Program-made: the position numbers and the translations under genes
The notes under the pieces: model-generated
What the model saw: only the letters and a program-made list of their open reading frames with translations
Databases searched by the model: none
What the model was told of the DNA's origin: nothing
Source of the DNA: Calditrichia bacterium
GTDB lineage: Bacteria > Calditrichota > Calditrichia > RBG-13-44-9 > J075
Assembly: GCA_028284445.1 (NCBI GenBank)
Contig: JANQRS010000011.1
Coordinates: 128,321 to 192,320 of the forward strand
DNA length: 64,000 nucleotides
Direction of reading: 5' to 3'
In this document: piece after piece, positions 1 through 9,735 of the stretch
Layout: every line of letters starts with the position of its first letter
Numbering within the stretch: the stretch's first letter is position 1

Positions 1-53
1 TTCATAGAAGAAAGTAAATCGAAATCATAACACATCTCTCATGCGACCGCGTC

Positions 54-647
54 ATGGCCTCTGAACTTAGCACAAGCAGCCCTACCTTCTTTGCCGAACC
101 TGCGGACTTTCGCGCTTGGTTGAAGAAAAACCACAAAAAAGAGTCCGCTCTTTGGGTGGGGTATTACAAAAAAACGACAGGCAAGCAGTCCGTGTCGTGG
201 GAAGAGACTGTCGATGAGGCGCTTTGCTACGGCTGGATCGATGGCGTTCGGCGGTCGATAAATGAAGAGTCGTACATGATCCGCTTTTCGCCCCGCAAGC
301 CCAAGAGCGTCTGGAGCCGACGAAACATCGAACGCGTGGAGGCACTCAAGGCCGACGGCCTTATGAGAAAGGCCGGACTCGACGCCTATGCCTACAAGGA
401 CGTGCACGCTGATAGCGGATACGCCGTCGGCGACCGACCGACAACGCTGCCCGAAGCAATGATCGCCGAGTTCAAGAAGCACGTTGAGGCGTGGGCATTT
501 TACGAGTCGCAGCCGTTAGGCTACCGCAAACAAACAATAGCTTGGGTAACGAGCGCCAAACGAGAAGAGACCCGGGAGCGCAGACTGGCTACCCTGATCG
601 ACGACTCGGCGAACGGACTTCGTATCAAGCAGCTCCGGCGTAAGTAA
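54..647 (+). CDS. YdeI/OmpD-associated (DUF1801-like) family protein
   Basis: 197 aa ORF. Sequence pattern typical of the YdeI/OmdA bacteriocin-protection family (WVGYYKK...YGWIDGVRRS...RFSPRKPKS.WS). Confidence 0.6.
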   Translation: MASELSTSSPTFFAEPADFRAWLKKNHKKESALWVGYYKKTTGKQSVSWEETVDEALCYGWIDGVRRSINEESYMIRFSPRKPKSVWSRRNIERVEALKADGLMRKAGLDAYAYKDVHADSGYAVGDRPTTLPEAMIAEFKKHVEAWAFYESQPLGYRKQTIAWVTSAKREETRERRLATLIDDSANGLRIKQLRRK

Positions 648-775
648 CACACGACACGAACAAACTTGATGAACTTTAAATGAAGCTTTCTTTACAAGGA
701 AAACCGGCAGAAGATATAATTGTAAAAGGCTTCGAATAGTTGCGCTCATGTATCCGGTTAAGGGAGATCGTTTTT

Positions 776-1396
776 ATGGCTGTTTCAAATTTGACGGCAA
801 CTTCTTTGTTGGTTCGTTTGCTTCTTGTTGCACTTATGTGCTTGTCGACCATGGTTTTTGGACAATCGACCAAAAAGATGAGCACCTATATCAATAGCGG
901 GCTCTCGCTACCAACAGGGCCTGAAGATCTTGCAGAAAATTGGCAAGCAGGCTTCCTCTTTGGTGGCGGCGTCGGCTACAATCTTTCGAACAATGCAGAG
1001 TTGATGGCAAGTTTCCTTATTGGCCGTCACCCATTAGACAAGGAGGCCTTTGGCTTCAGTAATCCGGATAATGTTGTCGGGGGCACTACTTCTTTGCTGA
1101 CATTGTTTGGCAATCTTAAGCTAAATCTGAGATCACAAGCGGCAGCGAGAACATATCCATATGTGTTGTTTGGGGCTGGATTGTTTTCTGTGGCAACTGA
1201 TGACATCATGTTGAACAGGGGCGGGCGCATAAGGCGCGAAGGAGATAACGCGCCTGGTCTCGGCGGTGGTCTCGGGATGACGTTTGGTGTTGGGAAAAAA
1301 CTGAATCTTTTTATTGAGGGGAATTATTCATATGGGTTCACCGAAGTGTCATCGTCCAGCATGTTAATGCTTAAACTCGGTCTTCATGCCAATTAA
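776..1396 (+). CDS. outer-membrane beta-barrel protein (OmpA/OmpW-like)
   Basis: Good RBS AGGGAG 9 nt upstream of ATG 776. Signal peptide, Gly/aromatic-rich alternating strands, C-terminal aromatic-rich beta-signal. The ORF-track start at 740 is an upstream TTG. Confidence 0.5.
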   Translation: MAVSNLTATSLLVRLLLVALMCLSTMVFGQSTKKMSTYINSGLSLPTGPEDLAENWQAGFLFGGGVGYNLSNNAELMASFLIGRHPLDKEAFGFSNPDNVVGGTTSLLTLFGNLKLNLRSQAAARTYPYVLFGAGLFSVATDDIMLNRGGRIRREGDNAPGLGGGLGMTFGVGKKLNLFIEGNYSYGFTEVSSSSMLMLKLGLHAN

Positions 1397-1509
1397 TCTC
1401 AAGTTTCGGAATCGTATTCGAATGCGCCGCAATATTGTGATAATTCCACAATTAATATAGATTAGCGTCGCGTCACGGATATGAATTAGGCCGGTCTTTT
1501 TCGAACGTT

Positions 1510-2337
1510 ATGATCAAAATTCATCCCATACAGACTGGTTCAGTGCGCGTTAAGCAATTTCAATTGACGGGCGCTCGTAATGTGGTCTCTCGATTGTGGC
1601 AGCTGTTTTTTACGCAAAAATGGGCAGAGTGGATGCCGATTTATTGCTGGCTGATCGAGCATCCAGCCGGACTGATCTTGATCGACACTGGCGAAACAGC
1701 CCGTGTGAATGAAGAGGGATACCTGCCTGACACCAGTGTTTACCGCAACTCATTGCAACTTGACATCAAACGCGAGGATGAAGTTGACAATCAGTTGGAC
1801 CGACTGGGGTATTCGCCGCGTGACATCAGCGCGATCTATTTGACCCACCTGCACACTGATCACGTTGGGGGTCTTTATCATTTCCCCGACACGCCGATAT
1901 TTGCGCCTCGAAATGAATATGAAATTGGTGTAGGCCCGAAAGGGGAGGGCAGCGGATTTCTGAAGAAAAATTGGCCCGAATGGTTTAAGCCAGAGTTGAT
2001 CGATCTTTCGGATGGCGCCGAAGTCAATTTCTCGTGCAGCCGAAAGATGACAAGCGATGGATCGATTGTTGCAATTCCAACACCGGGACATTCAGCAGGG
2101 CATCTTGCATATGTCATCAAAGATGCGCAACTGCGATATGTGATTGCCGGTGACGTAACGTTTAATCTACAGACGCTGGCAGCATCAATTCCCAACGTTA
2201 TCTTGAGCAGCAAAGATGCCGTACAATCGGTTATTACACTAAGAGAATATGCCTTGCAAGCACCTACCATTGTCTTGAGTTCGCATGACAAAAATGTGTC
2301 TGCTTTGCTGGTCAATAAGACTGTTTTCACAATTTGA
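1510..2337 (+). CDS. MBL-fold metallo-hydrolase (N-acyl homoserine lactonase-like)
   Basis: HxHxDH motif (THLHTDHVGG) and downstream His/Asp ligands. 275 aa. Confidence 0.75.
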   Translation: MIKIHPIQTGSVRVKQFQLTGARNVVSRLWQLFFTQKWAEWMPIYCWLIEHPAGLILIDTGETARVNEEGYLPDTSVYRNSLQLDIKREDEVDNQLDRLGYSPRDISAIYLTHLHTDHVGGLYHFPDTPIFAPRNEYEIGVGPKGEGSGFLKKNWPEWFKPELIDLSDGAEVNFSCSRKMTSDGSIVAIPTPGHSAGHLAYVIKDAQLRYVIAGDVTFNLQTLAASIPNVILSSKDAVQSVITLREYALQAPTIVLSSHDKNVSALLVNKTVFTI

Positions 2338-2373
2338 TGAATTGATTGTGGGAACTCGCACTGGTGGCAACGA

Positions 2374-2778
2374 ATGTTTGATTTAAGAATGTTTGAATCG
2401 AAGCTCCGATCGTGGAGCTGCCGACAGCCGTATATTATCGCTGCCGGCATTGTTGGCTCTTATGCGCGAGGTGAGGCAAAGCATGATTCCGATATGGATA
2501 TCATGCTGCTGACTGATTTACTTGAAGATTACATTAAGAACCAGAGCTGGTTGCTGGATTTTGATTGTCGCCCGGACGCAGCAATCGAATATTGGGGAAA
2601 TGTGACGACTGTTCGTGCGAAGACGTTGCAAGATAAAGAAATTGAATTTAATTTTACCAGCAAAGATTTGGCCGCGATTCCGGTCGATTCTGGCACACTG
2701 AAAGTTGTACAAGACGGGCTAACCCTGGTTTACGATCCAACGGGAATGCTCTCCAGGCTGAAGGTATTGGTTCTTTGA
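2374..2778 (+). CDS. minimal nucleotidyltransferase (MntA-like NTase-fold protein)
   Basis: GSYARGEAKHDSDMDI matches the GS-x9-13-DxD polymerase-beta NTase signature. 134 aa. No HEPN partner is adjacent. Confidence 0.65.
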   Translation: MFDLRMFESKLRSWSCRQPYIIAAGIVGSYARGEAKHDSDMDIMLLTDLLEDYIKNQSWLLDFDCRPDAAIEYWGNVTTVRAKTLQDKEIEFNFTSKDLAAIPVDSGTLKVVQDGLTLVYDPTGMLSRLKVLVL

Positions 2779-2834
2779 GCGCAAATTTAGCAAACACTTG
2801 GCTTTGATAGGTTGTATCCAAGACAAAGGATCCT

Positions 2835-3698
2835 ATGAACCTTGATTTCAGAACATCATATTGGGATGACCCGAAGGCCTTATCTGCATTCAAGGTGTTT
2901 GCTCATAAAATCCACGGACTCGATTTTGAAGAGTTTGAGGCCCGTGGATATTGGGACTCTCGCTATACCCCCTTCTCTCTGTTTGAAGGTGATACGGTTA
3001 TTGCCAATGTCTGCATCTACTCGCTCGATGCCGTGATTGATGGCCGCTCCACAAAGGTGGCGCAGATTTCAGGTGTGGGCACCTTGCCGGAATATCGTCA
3101 TAAAGGACTGGGACGAAAATTGACAGAGGTCGCATTGGAATGGGCGAGTGAAGATCACGAGGGAGTTTTTCTTTTCTCAAACCCGGAGGCGCTCGTATTC
3201 TACGAAAAACTTGGCTTTAGCGCTGTTCAGGAGTATGTGGAAAGGACAGCAGCGCCATCATTGCCGAAGCGAGACGGTGCCACGCTCCTAGACCCTGACC
3301 GGCACGAAGATCTATCGAAGATTTATCAGTATGCGAAGCATCGATCACCGGTCTCGCAGGAGTTTGGCGTTATGAATGCGAAGCTGGTTATGTTCCACGT
3401 GTTGCACGGCTTACGTAGGTGTGTGCTCGAATTGCCGGATCTGCAATGCCTTGTGATGAGTGAGAGAGAAGGCGGCGTTCTCAAAATTTACGACATCATT
3501 GGTGCGCAGATGCCAGGTTTTAATGATATCTACCCATACTTGGCCGATGACGCGCATGAAGTCGTAGAATTTCACTTCTTCGCAGACCAATTAGGCCTGG
3601 AACAGCGAAATCGCCGGCGGTTGATCGGGAATAACCTTTTTGTGCGTGGGGCGTTTCTTATCGAGAATCCGGTTTTTCCATATACTGCACGAGCGTAG
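2835..3698 (+). CDS. GNAT family N-acetyltransferase with C-terminal extension
   Basis: Acetyl-CoA binding motif RHKGLGRKL. About 130 aa C-terminal extra domain. RBS AAGGAT upstream. Confidence 0.7.
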   Translation: MNLDFRTSYWDDPKALSAFKVFAHKIHGLDFEEFEARGYWDSRYTPFSLFEGDTVIANVCIYSLDAVIDGRSTKVAQISGVGTLPEYRHKGLGRKLTEVALEWASEDHEGVFLFSNPEALVFYEKLGFSAVQEYVERTAAPSLPKRDGATLLDPDRHEDLSKIYQYAKHRSPVSQEFGVMNAKLVMFHVLHGLRRCVLELPDLQCLVMSEREGGVLKIYDIIGAQMPGFNDIYPYLADDAHEVVEFHFFADQLGLEQRNRRRLIGNNLFVRGAFLIENPVFPYTARA

Positions 3699-3725
3699 AC
3701 GCCACAAGAATATTCAGGAGCTTAT

Positions 3726-4130
3726 GTGTCAGATACCATCCGATATGAAATAGATGCAGATATTGATATAGAAGCACTGTTGAGGCTTTTTGCCCAGGCC
3801 GATTGGACTCGAAGCAGACAGGCTAGAGATACCCGAAAAATGCTTCTGGGAACGACGTTCCACATTACGGCCTGGCGTGACAACAGATTGATCGGTTTCC
3901 TGCGGGTGTTAACTGACAGGGCATATCGTGCTCTGATCGAAGATGTTATCGTGGCCGAAAATCATCGCAAGAGTGGTATTGGCAGGAAGCTGGTTGCTCT
4001 TGCTCTGGAAGAGTTGAGCGATGTAGAAGAAGTTTTGCTTGGATGCACAGAAGAAAATGTGTCTTACTATGCGCAATTTGAATTTATTCGAGTCACGCAC
4101 CCATTCATGAAGCGGGTCCGGATAAATTGA
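3726..4130 (+). CDS. GNAT family N-acetyltransferase
   Basis: GTG start after AGGAG RBS. Motif HRKSGIGRKLV. Confidence 0.7.
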   Translation: MSDTIRYEIDADIDIEALLRLFAQADWTRSRQARDTRKMLLGTTFHITAWRDNRLIGFLRVLTDRAYRALIEDVIVAENHRKSGIGRKLVALALEELSDVEEVLLGCTEENVSYYAQFEFIRVTHPFMKRVRIN

Positions 4131-4505
4131 CGAATATACTTGGATGATAACATGGAACCTGTCGAACAACTACGAAGCTCCACTGAGCTACGGAAACGGG
4201 CAATTGTTCTTTATGCTGTCGCTGCAGCGGATAAGCTGGCGCCCGTTTTATTCTTCTTTCTAGCCCAGGATGTTCATCAAGCAAAATACATTTGCGACGC
4301 TGAAGACTATTTCGGCAATAGTGCCCTGAACCAGATCCTTATTCGGCTTACCATCCAGACCCGCGCTTAGCGACCTGCCTATTGCAAATCCCAGGAAGAT
4401 TAGCACTGCAACAACTGGTCACTTGTCAATGAAAAAATGTGCGAGTTGAAAATTGTTTGAGATTAATTCATATATTAATCAAACCTAAATCAGGCAGAGA
4501 GTGAG

Positions 4506-5021
4506 ATGTCCAGGGAAAAACTGATCAAAAGATTGGAATGGTATTATCCCACCGAGAGACTACATGCATTTGTGACTTTCCCTTCGGTCGTTGCACTTGT
4601 GCTGGCATTTAATGCTTTTGTGGATGTTATCTTCCTGGTATATGGGCTTTTGGTCTGTGTGTTTATTCTCTATCAAGGACAACATTACTGGAAGTTGAAG
4701 CTGCGCCGCCTAAAAGGGGAGAGGGTAGAGCAACGGAAAAACCTGCGATTCTTTCGAAATTCGAAATTTGCCAATCAAATTCTAATTAGCTTAATGCCCG
4801 CTGTTCTGCTGTTACAATTCTTCATTTCCAATTGGGAGTTAAAAGCGGAAAACCTGATGGGTTGGGCTGTTTTCGCAAATGCCTTCGCAATTATAGAGCA
4901 TCTCAATTATTATGTGCGACAAATAAGCATAGATAACAAAGCTGATCTAAGGTATGTGCTGAAGCAGAAGAGACTGAAAAAAGCCAGTTTGGCAAAGGAT
5001 CTTGATAACGACCATATATAG
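4506..5021 (+). CDS. hypothetical membrane protein (3 predicted TM helices)
   Basis: Hydrophobic helices, no recognisable domain. Lower GC than the neighbours. Confidence 0.4.
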   Translation: MSREKLIKRLEWYYPTERLHAFVTFPSVVALVLAFNAFVDVIFLVYGLLVCVFILYQGQHYWKLKLRRLKGERVEQRKNLRFFRNSKFANQILISLMPAVLLLQFFISNWELKAENLMGWAVFANAFAIIEHLNYYVRQISIDNKADLRYVLKQKRLKKASLAKDLDNDHI

Positions 5022-5069
5022 TTTGCAAGCACATGACAGTTGAACACCGAAACACGGGTAGGGACAAGC

Positions 5070-5477
5070 ATGAGGAAAATTGACATCTTTTTTTATGGGC
5101 TCTTTATGGACGAGCGCATACTGGTCAAAAAAGGCTGCTCCGACATAAATCTTCGACGGGCGACGCTAGCGGGATTTGCCCTGCGTATCGGAAATCGGGC
5201 CACGCTTGTGCCCAGTGAATCCGCTGAAGTATATGGGATGGTCGGTGCGCTGAGCCATGGAGAGCTGGACCGACTATATGCAGACCCAAGTGTTCAGGAT
5301 TACCGGCCGGAACCCGTTTTGGTTTACGTAGACGGCCATGAGCCCCTGCCTGCGCTATGTTATAATTTGCTTGAACATCCATCCGCAGACGAGCGCAATG
5401 TTGAATATGCGCAGAAGCTACGCGCCCTGGCAAAGCACTTGAATTTCCCTGAACAGTATGTGACTTCAATTCGCTGA
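5070..5477 (+). CDS. gamma-glutamylcyclotransferase-like (AIG2/GGCT family) protein
   Basis: N-terminal IFFYGLFMD resembles the GGCT/AIG2 fold YGSLM-type motif. ATG 5070 chosen over the upstream TTG 5040. Confidence 0.5.
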   Translation: MRKIDIFFYGLFMDERILVKKGCSDINLRRATLAGFALRIGNRATLVPSESAEVYGMVGALSHGELDRLYADPSVQDYRPEPVLVYVDGHEPLPALCYNLLEHPSADERNVEYAQKLRALAKHLNFPEQYVTSIR

Positions 5478-5523
5478 GTGTTGAGCACGCCAAAACTACG
5501 CCTGGCGACGATGGCAGGCCGGT

Positions 5524-5810
5524 ATGTCTAACTATGATGGCACAAAAGATGTTCCGGTCGCCGAAGCTACAATCAAACCGGGTATGGAGATACACCCGCC
5601 TCAAGGCATGCCGAAGAGGAATACTTGATGGTTACAGAGGGCACAGGGACGTGGCATCTGAACGGCACAGAGTTCAAGGCGGTGGCAGGTGATATGCTCT
5701 ACGCTGCTCCCTGGGAAATACACGGCATCAAAAATACCGGGGACACGCCACTGGTGTTTGTGGTGTGGAAATGGAATAACAAAGGGTGGGAGCGAGGAAG
5801 ATTTGTTTAA
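5524..5810 (+). pseudogene. cupin-domain protein interrupted by a frameshift
   Basis: N-terminal cupin piece (IKPGMEIHPP) runs in one frame from ATG 5524 to a stop at 5626. C-terminal cupin piece (HAEEEYLMVTEG...WEIHGIKNTGDTPLVFVVW) runs in the -1 frame, open from 5538 to 5810. Together they form one about 95 aa cupin_2. Confidence 0.45.
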
Positions 5811-5837
5811 AACCGTAAACTTCCGTTTATTAATTGA

Positions 5838-7308
5838 AATGGGTGTTCAACAACACATATCAAGCTGTGATGTTTGTATTATCGGCGCAGGAATTAGCGG
5901 TTTAACGCTGGCCTATCGCCTGCAAAAAGCCGGCCTGCGTGTTAAGCTGCTTGAGAAATCGAGCCGGCCGGGTGGGGTCATGCAAACAGATCTCAGCGAT
6001 GGCTTTCTTTTCGACCAGGGGCCGAGCGGCACGTTTTTTAAATCCGCAGCAGTTGACCAGCTTATTGATGATCTCGGCTTGCAGAATAGGGTGCAATTCG
6101 CCGATGAGGATGTCGCAAAGCGCTATATTGTGAAGGATGGCAAACTTCATTCGGTCTCAATGAAGCCGTTGACGTTTTTACGCTCCGGACTGCTGAGTTG
6201 GCGCGGAAAATTACGCTTGAGCATGGAGCCGTTTCTGCGAAGCAAAACGGACGATTCGCGGGAAAGCGTGGCCGATTTCGTCCGAAGACGCCTGGGGCAG
6301 GAAACACTTGAGCGCCTGATTGATCCACTCATTGCCGGTATTTACGCCGGCGATCCTGAACAGCTGGATTTCCAGTATACGCTGCCTCGTCTGGCAGCAC
6401 TTGAGCGACAACATGGTAGCCTCATACGCGGAATGCTGGCGATGCGAAGTGTACGTCGCAAGAGCAGTGCAGATGGCATATCCAGGTCGAAGATGTTTTC
6501 ATTTGATGGCGGCATGAATGTGCTGGCAGCAACGCTTGCCCGCGAACTCGGGGACGATGTAGTTTTGAACGCCAAGGCGCACTCGCTTCACAAGTCTGAG
6601 CACGCCATTGAGGTCAGTTATCGCCAATCCTCGGGAAATACCAGTGTGCTGAACGCCGCCAAGGTGGTTTTGGCGACACCCGCTCATATCTGCGCCTCGT
6701 TACTGGCGCCAATATATTTGGAAATGGCCAACACCCTAAAAAGCATTGATTATTCGCCGGTCGCTGTTGTCTTTCACGGCTATGCTAGAAAACAGATACG
6801 ACAAGACCTGGACGGATTTGGCTTTCTTGTGCCGGGAATTGAAAACCGTAGGATCCTTGGCTCGATTTGGAGTTCATCGAAATTCTCGGGACGTGCGCCA
6901 GATGGCTATGCCGCCTTGACAACATTTGTTGGTGGCAGACGCCAGCCAGAATTGCTGGAAAATGATGAAGACCGGTTGCTCGACATAGCAGAAAGCGAAT
7001 TGCGGGATCTAATGGGCATTTCCGGACAAGCGGTTGTGCGCAAGATCCGTATTCTTCCGAAGGCCATTCCGCAGTTTGGCTTGCAATACAAAACCGTTCT
7101 TGAAACCGTAGCCGCGTTTAACACTGAACAGCAGCAGATTCGGATTACCGGGAATTTCCTGCAAGGTGTGGGTGTGGCGGATTGTATCAAAAATGCCACA
7201 GAGATGGCAAAAGAGATCGTTGGTGAACACCGCGCGGCTCGAAATACGCAACAAGCGCGTCGTGAAATCTCCCAGGCTTTTTCAAGCCCGACGACCGCAC
7301 GAATTTGA
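5838..7308 (+). CDS. hemY: protoporphyrinogen/coproporphyrinogen oxidase (HemY family, FAD-dependent)
   Basis: FAD dinucleotide fold (VCIIGAGISGLTLAYRL) with ATG at 5838. 489 aa. Directly upstream of ferrochelatase. The ORF-track start at 5689 would overlap the cupin. Confidence 0.8.
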
Positions 7309-7362
7309 TTTGACCAGGGGCCTCGCAGAACGGCTCGAAAGATAATTTCAAGAGGAGAGAAA

Positions 7363-8388
7363 ATGCCACGAAAAGGCGTCTTGCTGGTCAATTTGGGCTC
7401 GCCTGACTCACCTGAAGTAGCCGATGTAAAAGTTTATTTGCGCGAATTCTTGATGGACAAGTATGTCATTGACATGCCGTATTTGCTGCGCAAGCTTATC
7501 GTTGAAGGATTCATCCTCCCCAAACGCCCTCAAAAATCAGCAGAAGCATACAAAACTATTTGGTCAGAACAGGGTTCGCCACTCATTGCCATAAGCAAAA
7601 ATGTGCGGCAACAGGTCCAGGAGAGACTAGATGTACCGATTGGCCTCGCCATGCGCTATGGCAATCCATCCATCGAGAGCGGATTGCGTGAGCTCATCGA
7701 AGATCATCAAGTTGACGATGTTTTGCTGATTCCACTGTATGCCGTCTATTCGCTGGCCACAGTTCAGTCGGTTTATGAGCAAACAGAGAGGGTGCTCAAA
7801 CGCTTTTCTCAAGAAATCAACCTCACTATCATTCCACCTTTCTATAATGAGGAGGCGTATCTCGATGCTCTGGCGGCAAGCGCCACAGAAAAACTGGAAT
7901 GGAATTATGACCATTTGCTGATTAGCTTTCATGGACTTCCGGAGCGCCATTTGAAGAAAGCAGATCCAACCGGGGAGCACTGCTTAAAGGTAGAAGATTG
8001 TTGCAACAAGGCTTCGACTGCTCATACAACATGTTATCGGCACCAGGTCTTGCATATCGCCAACGAACTTGTGAAGCGGCTAAACATCCCGAAGGACAAG
8101 TATTCAGTGGCATTTCAGTCTCGCCTGGGCGTTGACAGCTGGCTGAAGCCCTCCACCGCAGGTGAAATTGTTCGCCTGGCGGAGGAAGGCACCAAAAAGC
8201 TGGCGGTGTACTGTCCGGCCTTTGTCTCGGACTGTCTGGAAACGCTGGAAGAAATCGCCATCCAGGGAAAAGAGATGTTTATTGAGGCTGGCGGAGAAGA
8301 ATTGCGGCATATTCCCTGCATGAACGACCACCCTGCCTGGATCGATACGCTGAGCAAATTTTGCCAACGCCACAGTAAAGCCAGTTGA
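7363..8388 (+). CDS. hemH: ferrochelatase
   Basis: 341 aa. Typical N-terminus (VLLVNLGSPDSP...V..YLREFLMD) and overall ferrochelatase pattern. RBS GAGGAGAG upstream. Confidence 0.85.
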   Translation: MPRKGVLLVNLGSPDSPEVADVKVYLREFLMDKYVIDMPYLLRKLIVEGFILPKRPQKSAEAYKTIWSEQGSPLIAISKNVRQQVQERLDVPIGLAMRYGNPSIESGLRELIEDHQVDDVLLIPLYAVYSLATVQSVYEQTERVLKRFSQEINLTIIPPFYNEEAYLDALAASATEKLEWNYDHLLISFHGLPERHLKKADPTGEHCLKVEDCCNKASTAHTTCYRHQVLHIANELVKRLNIPKDKYSVAFQSRLGVDSWLKPSTAGEIVRLAEEGTKKLAVYCPAFVSDCLETLEEIAIQGKEMFIEAGGEELRHIPCMNDHPAWIDTLSKFCQRHSKAS

Positions 8389-8444
8389 GAATTCAGCAAC
8401 CAGGATTTGCATCGTGGCTGCTGAAGGAAATCCACTCGTTCAGG

Positions 8445-9188
8445 TTATTTGACTGGGGACGTTGCAAAATAGGCTTCCACGCTCAGGTTTTCAGCGAAGT
8501 CCGCATATTCCTTTGTGCCGAAAATAGGTTGAGCAGCGGCCTGAAACTTTTCTGCATTTTCCCAAGTGATGATCACAGCTTGCGTGTTTTCTGCGAGGTT
8601 CGGAATGCCTTCCTCATCTAATTTGTAGACTTTGAATTCACGAGCGAATTTGTAGCCACTGTAGTTGTTCAAATGATTGAAGAAAACTTCTCGTTTTTCA
8701 CCAAAGGCGTCAGCTGTTTTGCCCTTTCGCACCGCAAATTCAATAACCTGCCCGTCTTCCTTAATTGAGTTCATATCAAAAGATTGACCATCCAACGGTT
8801 CCAGTAACGCATAAGCCAGGGGATCAAAACTGGCGAAATAATTCCTGGCCTCATCTTGTGGTAGCAGCCGCGCTGCCGCCTCTCCAAATCCCGGCATAGA
8901 ATTCCATTCTGTCATGCCTACCAGAACGCGGCTCAGGTCCATATCGGGCGCTACAGTAAAAAAAGGCTGCCATTTGCCTTCATTACGGGTTGCCATTTCT
9001 TTCCCCAAAACATCAACAAATGCTTGTCGTGTATTCAAAAACGTTTGATGCTGACCTTCTTTTGATTGGTTGATCGCAATTTCGAAAATCGAATTCATTT
9101 CATTCCCTATGGTTTGATCCAGATTCTTGTTTTTGCCGCAGCCAAAGAGTATTCCCAGGCAAAGGCACCCTATCATCATCGACTTCAT
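8445..9188 (-). CDS. hypothetical lipoprotein
   Basis: The only convincing minus-strand gene. Signal peptide with lipobox (LFGC). No known domain recognised. Confidence 0.5.
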   Translation of the reverse strand: MKSMMIGCLCLGILFGCGKNKNLDQTIGNEMNSIFEIAINQSKEGQHQTFLNTRQAFVDVLGKEMATRNEGKWQPFFTVAPDMDLSRVLVGMTEWNSMPGFGEAAARLLPQDEARNYFASFDPLAYALLEPLDGQSFDMNSIKEDGQVIEFAVRKGKTADAFGEKREVFFNHLNNYSGYKFAREFKVYKLDEEGIPNLAENTQAVIITWENAEKFQAAAQPIFGTKEYADFAENLSVEAYFATSPVK

Positions 9189-9322
9189 TTTGACCTGATC
9201 CTTTTTAATGGTTGTCAGATTTCGTTTTCGTATTTATAGTTACTAGTAGCATGATGCGCAAGTAGTTACATTTTGTTTATTTAGTAACAAAAAGTAAACC
9301 ATTGGCCTTAGTAGGGGGTTTT

Positions 9323-9718
9323 ATGCGAAGAGAACTAACAGAGGAAGAAAAACTACATCGCTTCGAAGAAATTTTCAAAAGCCTGAACGAATGCCCGGTG
9401 ACCATTACCCTGAAAATCATTGGAGGCAAATGGAAGCCGACGATCCTCTATTTGATCGACATGGGGATAAATAGATTCGGGGAAATGCATCGGCGACTGC
9501 CGGGAATCAGCAAAAGGATGTTGACAAATCACTTGCGGGAACTGGAAGCCGACGGTATTGTTGATAGAAAGGTTTTTGCGCAAGTGCCGCCAAAGGTCAT
9601 TTATAGCTTGACGGAAGTCGGCAGAACCCTAGAGCCTATTTTTGTGGCGATGGAGGAATGGGGCTTGAAATACGGAAGTACCAAAGCCGCTAATGGAAAC
9701 GGCAAAATCCCGGAATAG
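9323..9718 (+). CDS. HxlR family transcriptional regulator
   Basis: CPV..TL..IGGKWK..IL..L...RFGE..R...GIS.RML...LREL HxlR-type winged-helix signature. ATG 9323 follows a GGGGG RBS. Divergent from the lipoprotein gene. Confidence 0.75.
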   Translation: MRRELTEEEKLHRFEEIFKSLNECPVTITLKIIGGKWKPTILYLIDMGINRFGEMHRRLPGISKRMLTNHLRELEADGIVDRKVFAQVPPKVIYSLTEVGRTLEPIFVAMEEWGLKYGSTKAANGNGKIPE

Positions 9719-9735
9719 CACGCAAGAGTTGAACA

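Noticed and set aside
39-482. 147 aa ORF on the minus strand at the window start
   Set aside because: Antisense to the YdeI-family gene, which shows a recognisable family pattern. Shadow ORF.
4160-4235. A tRNA-like string on the minus strand (GTAGCTCAGTGGAGCT..GTTCGAC), suggestive of D-loop and T-loop boxes
   Set aside because: No acceptor stem, anticodon arm or CCA-compatible 3' end can be folded. The D-loop would be only 4 nt. It looks like a coincidental match inside an AT-rich spacer.
4140-4370. 76 aa ORF in the long intergenic region
   Set aside because: No RBS, no domain, and a composition unlike the neighbouring genes. Probably non-coding.
5689-5837. Upstream extension of hemY proposed by the ORF track (start 5689)
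   Set aside because: It would overlap the cupin reading frame. The FAD-binding fold and homolog length support ATG 5838.
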